The position numbers and the translations under genes are program-made. A DNA stretch of 64,000 nucleotides from an uncultured Elusimicrobia bacterium (GTDB lineage Bacteria; Elusimicrobiota; Elusimicrobia; Elusimicrobiales; UBA9959). The DNA is taken from contig CAIXBR010000093.1 of the NCBI GenBank assembly GCA_903917735.1, positions 936 through 64,935 on the forward strand, given 5' to 3'. Positions 57,404-64,000 of the stretch are shown here, piece by piece (position 1 is the first letter of the stretch; each line of letters begins with the position of its first letter). The notes beneath the pieces are model-generated. The model saw only the letters and a program-made list of their open reading frames with translations, did no database searches and was not told the DNA's origin.

Positions 57404-58876
57404 ATGCTGAAAAGCGGCCGGTTCCCACGCGCTCTCCTCGCCCTGCTGATGCTGGGCGCGGGGGCCTGTGCGGGTAAGGAGCAGGTGGTGATCTTCGCCA
57501 CAGGCCGCTCGCAGGGCAGGATCTGGGCGAGGGAAGTTCCCGGTCCTGGCGGCAAAAAGGCCGGCGGCTTCGCCGTTTTTAAAAAGCTTTACGACGGGGA
57601 AAAACTCCCCAAAATAGCGGTGGATACCGGCAACTGGTTCTCCGCGGTCCCCGAGGGCTGGCTGACGCGCGGCCGCTCCACGATAGACTGCCTCAACGCA
57701 ATCCCCTACGCCGCCGCCGCCGTGGGGATAGAGGACCTCTCTCTGTCCCCGGAAGAACTGCGCAAGCTCGCGGAGTCCTCGCGCATGCCGCTGCTCGCCT
57801 CCAACCTGTACCTTGCCGGCAACAAGAAGCCTTCTTTCCTCGCCAGCACCAGCGTGGCGCAGGTCGGGGGGCATAGGATCGGCTTCTTCTCGGCTATAAT
57901 TTCCTCACCCCAGAAGGCGGACCGCGCGCGCCACCTGACAAAATACAAGCTGGAAAAAGAGACCTTCGAGACGGAAAAAGCTGTGAAGGCGCTGCGTGAC
58001 TCCGGCGCTTCGGTGATAGTAATGCTGTTGGGTGTGAACCCGAAAGAAAAAGCTGACCCTGAATTCTTCCGGAATTTCGTTTCTAAGGTCTCGCGCGTCG
58101 ACCTGGTGATCACCGACGAGCCTTCGATAAAGAAACCGTTCAGGGCGAACCGCACCTGGGTGGTAGGAGCAGGCCTTGAAATGAGCGGGGCCGCCAGGAT
58201 AGGGCTGGACCTAGAGAAGACCACCGGCAGGCTTATGGGGGTGAACTGGCGGGACATTCCGCTAGATGAGGCGAAGTACGGCCAGGACCCGGGCCTGCTT
58301 AAGATAATTTCAGGCTACAGAACTGCCGCGGCCGCGCATATGTCCAGGCGAATAGGCTATTTCTCCGCGGCGCTGCCGCTGCGCGATAAAATGGACACGC
58401 CGGCCGCCGACTTCGCGGCCGACTGCATGCGCCGCTGGGCCAGGACCAACGCGGCCATAATACCGCTTTCCGAGCCGGCCGCCGGTTTTTCAAGCGGCCC
58501 CGTCACTGTCGGCGGACTGTACGAAGCTTTCCCCCTCGATTCCAGCGTGGTCTTCGTAAAGATACGCGGCGACGACCTGGAACGGACTATGACCGGCATG
58601 CAGGCTGCGGATATAAGCGTTTCCGGCCTGCGCCTGTCGCTCAAGGACGGTGTCGTCGAGAAGACCGAAACTGAGGCCGGCCCGCTGGTCCCGGGCCGTA
58701 TCTACAGGCTGGCCGTGCCGGACTCACTGGTAAGCGGCAAGGAGCACTCGATACTTTCAAGCGCCATGGAGTTCGCTAACTCCCGGCGCTACCTGAGGGA
58801 AGTCATAGGCTGGTGCCTTTCAAGGCAGAAAACATATCCAAGGCCGGAAGGCGGCAGAATTAAGAGGGAGAACTGA
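57404..58876 (+). CDS. 5'-nucleotidase paralogue lipoprotein with catalytic motifs lost
   Basis: Lipobox-like AGAC; same architecture but TGRSQG, DTGN, GIED, LLGV, ITDE replace the metal ligands. Confidence 0.75.
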   Translation: MLKSGRFPRALLALLMLGAGACAGKEQVVIFATGRSQGRIWAREVPGPGGKKAGGFAVFKKLYDGEKLPKIAVDTGNWFSAVPEGWLTRGRSTIDCLNAIPYAAAAVGIEDLSLSPEELRKLAESSRMPLLASNLYLAGNKKPSFLASTSVAQVGGHRIGFFSAIISSPQKADRARHLTKYKLEKETFETEKAVKALRDSGASVIVMLLGVNPKEKADPEFFRNFVSKVSRVDLVITDEPSIKKPFRANRTWVVGAGLEMSGAARIGLDLEKTTGRLMGVNWRDIPLDEAKYGQDPGLLKIISGYRTAAAAHMSRRIGYFSAALPLRDKMDTPAADFAADCMRRWARTNAAIIPLSEPAAGFSSGPVTVGGLYEAFPLDSSVVFVKIRGDDLERTMTGMQAADISVSGLRLSLKDGVVEKTETEAGPLVPGRIYRLAVPDSLVSGKEHSILSSAMEFANSRRYLREVIGWCLSRQKTYPRPEGGRIKREN

Positions 58877-59463
58877 TGTTCGAAGCGATGGCGGCTTTTT
58901 TCGGGAAATGGTATGCCAGGCTAAAGGCCTTCTCCATGCTGGCCGGAGCCTGGGGCTTTCTTTTCAGCGTTAACTCGCTTATAGGATTCCAGGCCGGTTT
59001 TGAATACGACGACGGAATGGTCTATTCCACTCCGGCGTTCAAAGCCGCCGAGAAAGACAAACCGGAAGCCGGAAGCCAGGATTACTGGAACGCCGTGAAC
59101 CGCTCTTTCACATTCGAGCACACTAAGCCGGCAGTCTGGCTGACGGCCTGGACGCTGAAGGTTTTGGGAGTTAAAATAGTTTTTTTCTGCGACCGCGGCA
59201 GCGAAGGCGCGGACAGCCTTGAAGCCTCCTGGCGCAAGCTTGCCGACAACTTCTATTTCACCAGGACGGAGGACGAGAAATACCGGATACTGGAGAAAAA
59301 GCGGTTTATTTTTTATGCCGCCCCTTCCGATTCCGGCATAATACAGGCCAGGAAAGCCGGCGTACATCCCCTGCGCCTGGAGAAAAGCCCGAAATCCGTA
59401 CTTAAGTTCGACTACCACCCCGGAAAATTCAGGGAACGGTACCTCCCCCTCTCCCGGTTCTGA
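58876..59463 (+). CDS. Degenerate class B acid phosphatase (AphA-like)
   Basis: GFEYDDGMVYSTP versus GFDIDDTVLFSSP; YW..VN; FYAAPSDSGI versus FYGDSDNDI. Confidence 0.6.
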   Translation: MFEAMAAFFGKWYARLKAFSMLAGAWGFLFSVNSLIGFQAGFEYDDGMVYSTPAFKAAEKDKPEAGSQDYWNAVNRSFTFEHTKPAVWLTAWTLKVLGVKIVFFCDRGSEGADSLEASWRKLADNFYFTRTEDEKYRILEKKRFIFYAAPSDSGIIQARKAGVHPLRLEKSPKSVLKFDYHPGKFRERYLPLSRF

Positions 59464-59513
59464 CCGGTTCTGACCCATTGCCCTTTCAGTCCATAAAATA
59501 TAAAATATAATTA

Positions 59514-59855
59514 ATGGCGGACTGTATCTTCTGTAAAATCGCTTCGGGAGAGGTAAACGCCAAAGTCGTTTACGAAGACGCGGATTGCGTGGCTTTCCTG
59601 GACCTGAACCCGCAGGCTCCTACGCACGCGCTGCTGGTATCCCGCCGCCACATAGACCGGCTCACGGCGGCGCAGGAGAGCGACGCGGAACTCCTGGGCA
59701 AACTGCAGCTGGCGGCGGCGAAAGTCGCGAAGATTTTAAAGGTTGAAGGCGCCTTCAGGCTGGTTACTAACAACGGCAAAGGCGCCGGACAGTCGGTGGA
59801 CCATCTGCACTACCACCTGCTGGGCGGCAGAAAGCTGCTGTGGCCCCCGGGCTGA
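59514..59855 (+). CDS. hinT: Histidine triad nucleotide-binding protein
   Basis: CIFCKI, DLNPQAPTH, GQSVDHLHYHLLGG. Confidence 0.93.
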   Translation: MADCIFCKIASGEVNAKVVYEDADCVAFLDLNPQAPTHALLVSRRHIDRLTAAQESDAELLGKLQLAAAKVAKILKVEGAFRLVTNNGKGAGQSVDHLHYHLLGGRKLLWPPG

Positions 59856-59913
59856 AGCCCCGCGGAACCGATTTTAATGTTTTAGAGTTGTATACCAAAA
59901 GGTGGTGATCAGC

Positions 59914-60105
59914 TTGGTATTTGTTAAAGTCAGAGACGAAGAATCCATCGAAGAAGCTCTCAGGCGTTTTAAACACGACTGCGAGCGCAACGGCATCCTG
60001 AAGGAAATTAAGCGCCGCGAGCATTACGTAACGCCCGCGATGAAGCGCAAGATAAAGTCCCAGGAAGCCCGCCGCAAGGTCCGCAAAGGCAGAAGGTCTT
60101 TCTAA
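59914..60105 (+). CDS. rpsU: 30S ribosomal protein S21
   Basis: ESIEEALRRFK, EIKRREHY; TTG start after AAAGGTGGTGA. Confidence 0.93.
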   Translation: MVFVKVRDEESIEEALRRFKHDCERNGILKEIKRREHYVTPAMKRKIKSQEARRKVRKGRRSF

Positions 60106-60122
60106 CAAGACCCTCACCCGAC

Positions 60123-60154
60123 GGCCGCGCGGACCCCGGTCCGCGCGGCTTTTT
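60123..60154 (+). terminator. Internal terminator between rpsU and dnaG
   Basis: GCCGCGCGGAC-loop-GTCCGCGCGGC followed by TTTTT. Confidence 0.8.
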
Positions 60155-60193
60155 GCCGGTATCCCTCCGGCAGGACGTAAAGTCTTAAAGATA

Positions 60194-61936
60194 ATGAGTT
60201 CATCCCCGGTTATAGAGCTTATACGCGAGAAACTGGACATCGTGGATGTCATCAGGGAGTACGTGCCCGCCCTGAGAAAGGCCGGGCGCAACCACAAGGC
60301 CCCCTGCCCTTTCCACAACGAGAAGACCCCCTCCTTCACCGTAAGCCCCGACAAGCAGATCTTCTACTGCTTCGGGTGCAACGAGGGCGGCGACGTGTTC
60401 ACCTTCGTGATGAAGATAGAGGGCCTGACCTTCCCCGAAGCCGCCCGCAAACTGGCCATGAAGGCCGGCGTGGAATACGGCGACGAGCGCACCCACGCTA
60501 TGACCGAGGCGGACAAAGAGCGCCTGGAGCTAAAGAAGATGCTGACCGCCGCGGCGGCCTTCTATCACAAGACCCTTTTTTCTCCGGCCGGAGAGAAAGC
60601 GAAGCTTTACCTGGGCGAGCGCAGGCTGAGCAAGGCAACCGTAGAGCGTTTCGAACTGGGTTGGGCCCCTGCCGGCGGCAAGGCACTGATGGACGAGTTG
60701 AAGAAGGCCGGCTGGAGCCGCGACCTAGCCATCAAGGCCGGCCTTATCACGGAGCGCGAGGGCGGCCTGGTGGCCGACACTTTCCGGGGCCGCATCATGT
60801 TCCCGATCCGCAACCAGTCCGGAGACACCGTAGCTTTCGGCGGCCGGGTGCTGGACCCAGAGGGCCAGCCCAAATACCTGAACTCCCCCGAAACCGTTCT
60901 ATTCTCGAAGCGCCGCACCCTCTACGGCATACAAGAAGCCCTGCCGCAGATCCGCAAGAAAGGCCGCCTGCTGCTGCTGGAAGGCTACATGGACGTGATA
61001 GGCGCCCACCAGCACGGCGTGGACTGGGCCGTGGCCCCGCTGGGGACCGCGCTCACCGGCGAGCACGTAGGCCTGATAGGGCGCTACGCCAAGGATACGG
61101 TGGTGATGTTCGACGACGACCGCGCCGGGATACAGGCCTCGGTGCGCGCGGCTGAGATCTTCATGGAAGCCGGCATGTACGTGCGCCTCGCCAACGTAGG
61201 CAACGGGCAGGACCCGGACGAATTCCTGAACGAGTACGGCCGCGAAGAATTTGAGAAAAAACTGGCCGAGGCCGCGGACCCGCTGGATTTCCGGATGAAC
61301 CTTTTTTTTAAGGGCCGCAAGACCCCGCCGACCTCCCAGGAGAAGGCGCAGGCAATAGCGCTGCTGCTGGAGACCGTGGCCAAGCAGCCAGACGAGATAC
61401 TGAAGAGCGAATGGGTAAAATCACTTTCCTCCAGATTCGGCGTGGAGGAAGCCTCAGTGCTGAAGCAGCTCAGGAAAGCCCCCGGCCCGGACATGCGCGG
61501 CACGAAGCGCGCGGCCGTGAAGACTTCGGACATGCCGTCCATAGAGCGCGGCTTCGTGCAGATGCTGCTGCGGGACCCCTCGCTGATAGAACAGGCCTCG
61601 GCACTGGGGCCGGAAGACCTCTCGAGCGAGCTCGCCCGCAAGATCTTCACCGCGATACTGGAGCTCTCCCCGCAAGCCCGGGGCAGGGTGTCCGCCGCCC
61701 TGATAGAGAAGTTCCCCGAGGACGCGCCCCTGATACTGGAACTGACGGTGTCCGACATCGGCGGCGAGGGGCAGGGTCCGCAAAACGCGGCCGGCACCTT
61801 ACGCATGCTTAAGAAATTTTCGCTGGAACGGCGCTGGAAAGAGATGAAAGCCAGAATAGGCTCGCTCACCCCCGCCCAGATGGAAGAGTTCAGGAAACTC
61901 TCGGCCGAGCTGAAGTCCCCGGCCAAAGAATTATAA
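60194..61936 (+). CDS. dnaG: DNA primase
   Basis: CPFHNEKTPSF zinc finger, KYLNSPET, EGYMDV, FDDDRAG Toprim, DPDE. Confidence 0.97.
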   Translation: MSSSPVIELIREKLDIVDVIREYVPALRKAGRNHKAPCPFHNEKTPSFTVSPDKQIFYCFGCNEGGDVFTFVMKIEGLTFPEAARKLAMKAGVEYGDERTHAMTEADKERLELKKMLTAAAAFYHKTLFSPAGEKAKLYLGERRLSKATVERFELGWAPAGGKALMDELKKAGWSRDLAIKAGLITEREGGLVADTFRGRIMFPIRNQSGDTVAFGGRVLDPEGQPKYLNSPETVLFSKRRTLYGIQEALPQIRKKGRLLLLEGYMDVIGAHQHGVDWAVAPLGTALTGEHVGLIGRYAKDTVVMFDDDRAGIQASVRAAEIFMEAGMYVRLANVGNGQDPDEFLNEYGREEFEKKLAEAADPLDFRMNLFFKGRKTPPTSQEKAQAIALLLETVAKQPDEILKSEWVKSLSSRFGVEEASVLKQLRKAPGPDMRGTKRAAVKTSDMPSIERGFVQMLLRDPSLIEQASALGPEDLSSELARKIFTAILELSPQARGRVSAALIEKFPEDAPLILELTVSDIGGEGQGPQNAAGTLRMLKKFSLERRWKEMKARIGSLTPAQMEEFRKLSAELKSPAKEL

Positions 61937-61956
61937 ACGCAGGATAGGAGATAAAG

Positions 61957-63666
61957 ATGGCACAGCCCAAGAAAGCTTTACGCGACCTAGTGGAACTCGG
62001 CAAGGAGCACGGCTACATCACGCTGGAGGAGATGAACCGCTCGCTCACTAACGCGTCCATGTCCAGCGAGGAAATAGACACGCTGATGGGCACGCTCGAG
62101 GACCTCGGCATCGAGGTCGTCGACCGCAAGAAGTTCAAGATGGTGGCCGCCTCTGAGCGCGAGGCCTACACCGAGGAATGGAGCGCCACCCCGGACGTCT
62201 CCAACTCCATCCGCATGTACCTGTCCGAAATGGGCAAGGTACCGCTGCTGACCCGGGACGAGGAAGTGACGCTGGCCCGCAACATCCGCGAGCGCGAACG
62301 CGAACTGCGCATGATGGTGCTGGAATCCCCCATAACGATGCGCGAGATCCGCAACTGGGAGACCCTGATAGAGCAGGACGAGATGACCACGAAGGAGCTG
62401 ATGCCCCGCGGCCGCAAGTCAAACCAGGAGTTGTCGGCGATGAAGCGCAAGATGAAGAACATAGCGCAGCTCATCACCCGCACCGAAAAAGAGATCTTTA
62501 AGCTGGAGGAGCGCGCCAAGAAGCCCTCCCTCTCCAACGAGATGCGCAAGAAGCTGGAGTCCATAGTAGACAAGAAGCGCAAGGACATAGTAAAGAACAT
62601 CATCAACCTGGACCTAAACCAGGAGAAGATCAAACGCCTGACCAACAAGATCAAGAACCTGGCGCACAAGATCCGCGAATACCGCCTGGAGCTGGAGAAG
62701 TACCAGAAGGTCTACGGAGACTTGGTGAAGCTGCAGTACGACCACGAGCTGGTGGGCCGCGGCAAGCTCCGGCCGGCCGCCTTTAAATCCAAATGGGGTT
62801 ACAACCCCACGGAGGTGGAAGCCGCGCTCGAGAATATCAAAGCGGTTAAGGAGCGCGAACACCACCTGATCCGTACGCTCCCTATCAATCCCGACGACTT
62901 CATGTCCCTGAACGACAAGATCACGTTCCTCGAGGACCAGATCCTGCAGGACAAGCTGAAACTGATCCGCGCGAACCTGCGCCTCGTTGTGTCCATAGCC
63001 AAGAAGCACGTGAACTCCAACCTGGAGCTGTCCGACCTGATACAGGAAGGCGGCCTGGGCCTGATGAAGGCCGTTGAGAAGTTCGAGTACAAGCGCGGCT
63101 TCAAGTTCTCGACCTACGCCACCTGGTGGATCCGCCAGAGCATCAACCGTGCCATAGCCGACCAGGCCCGCACCATCCGCATCCCAGTGCACATGAAGGA
63201 ACTGGTCAGCAAGCTGATGAAGGTGACCCGCAAGTACCGCCAGGAATTCGGCCGCGATCCGATGATAGAGGAATATTCCAAGCACATGCATATCTCGATG
63301 GACAAGGTGAAGAACGCCCTGAAGATCATGCAGGACCCGATCTCGCTGTCCACGCCTATCGGCGAGGACGAGGATTCCCACCTGGAAGACTTCATCGAGG
63401 ACAAGACGGGGCTGCCGCCCTCTCATTCCGCCATAGACCTGCTCCGACGGCGCGAAGTGACCAAGATCCTGGACACCCTGACCGACAGGGAAGCCAAGAT
63501 CATAAAGCTGCGCTTCGGCATAGAGACCGGCTATCCCAGGACGCTGGAAGAAGTGGGCAAGATCTTCCGCGTGACGCGCGAGCGCGTGCGCCAGATAGAG
63601 GCCAAGGCCATCAGAAAACTCCGCCACCCGTCGCGCAGCAAGATGCTGAGGGACTATTTGGATTAA
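61957..63666 (+). CDS. rpoD: Primary sigma factor sigma70
   Basis: Region 1.1, [41 protein letters not shown]. Confidence 0.97.
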   Translation: MAQPKKALRDLVELGKEHGYITLEEMNRSLTNASMSSEEIDTLMGTLEDLGIEVVDRKKFKMVAASEREAYTEEWSATPDVSNSIRMYLSEMGKVPLLTRDEEVTLARNIRERERELRMMVLESPITMREIRNWETLIEQDEMTTKELMPRGRKSNQELSAMKRKMKNIAQLITRTEKEIFKLEERAKKPSLSNEMRKKLESIVDKKRKDIVKNIINLDLNQEKIKRLTNKIKNLAHKIREYRLELEKYQKVYGDLVKLQYDHELVGRGKLRPAAFKSKWGYNPTEVEAALENIKAVKEREHHLIRTLPINPDDFMSLNDKITFLEDQILQDKLKLIRANLRLVVSIAKKHVNSNLELSDLIQEGGLGLMKAVEKFEYKRGFKFSTYATWWIRQSINRAIADQARTIRIPVHMKELVSKLMKVTRKYRQEFGRDPMIEEYSKHMHISMDKVKNALKIMQDPISLSTPIGEDEDSHLEDFIEDKTGLPPSHSAIDLLRRREVTKILDTLTDREAKIIKLRFGIETGYPRTLEEVGKIFRVTRERVRQIEAKAIRKLRHPSRSKMLRDYLD

Positions 63667-63680
63667 GTCCGGTCCGGCCG

Positions 63681-63718
63681 CAAATAAAAACCCCGGGATA
63701 TCCCGGGGTTTTTATTTG
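63681..63718. terminator. Perfect palindromic bidirectional terminator
   Basis: CAAATAAAAACCCCGGGATATCCCGGGGTTTTTATTTG. Confidence 0.9.
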
Positions 63719-63735
63719 TCATGATAAAAGCGCGG

Positions 63736-64000
63736 CTATTTGTCTTCTTTGGCTTCGGTGAAAAGGTTCTTTATCACGTCGTGCGCCAGGTCCTTGGCGC
63801 CCAGGCCGACGGCGATGGCGAAGGCAAGGCCCATGGAGGCGAAAAGGATGTTCAGTCCGTTGCGGATCATCTTCATCTCTATGCCGAGCTGCTCTATGGC
63901 GGTTATAATGGTCAGCACGACCACAAGGAAATGGACGCTCTTGGACAGCGAACGCCCCCCCTTCAGGTTGTTGGAAGTAGCGGAGTTCAGCACCACGTCG
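63736..64000 (-). CDS. C-terminus of a mechanosensitive-channel / CmpX-like membrane protein (5' end outside the window)
   Basis: AIEQLGI...ILFASMGLAFAIAVGLGAKD TM-helix pattern. Confidence 0.65.
   Translation of the reverse strand, partial: DVVLNSATSNNLKGGRSLSKSVHFLVVVLTIITAIEQLGIEMKMIRNGLNILFASMGLAFAIAVGLGAKDLAHDVIKNLFTEAKEDK

Overview
GC-rich (roughly 60%) bacterial chromosome segment, mostly housekeeping and envelope genes. The pilin type and gene repertoire suggest Elusimicrobiota (inference, not verified). Left to right: a cadC/cadA-type heavy-metal module cut by the left edge; a CHASE-PAS histidine kinase and receiver; a DUF4912 gene behind a structured leader; an LPP20/LpoB/COG3014 lipoprotein operon; nitroreductase, PTS enzyme I, metG and a YcbK-type peptidase; a hypC-hypD-lysR-hypE-orf-hypF cluster followed by a deletion scar joining nikR' out of frame to a Ni transporter; three tRNAs; a type IV pilus region (pilD, two near-identical pilins, pilB); smpB, S8 protease, efp, lemA/htpX, pepP, rsmA, murC, a TPR/LysM-FecR/kinase module, rdgB, clostripain, a squalene/phytoene synthase, dcd, rplM-rpsI, a 5'-nucleotidase cluster with apparent pseudo-enzymes, HIT, and rpsU-dnaG-rpoD. 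Best leads: (1) a 197-nt internally deleted group IIC intron inserted between one pilin's terminator and the other's -35 box, which it leaves intact, plus a possible second scar after the rpsI terminator; (2) an exported tandem SpoVG-like protein upstream of pilB; (3) a nucleotidase plus dead nucleotidase plus dead AphA operon; (4) a GEMM-I-like leader variant; (5) EF-P with Gln at the loop tip. All calls come from reading motifs by eye; no searches were run.
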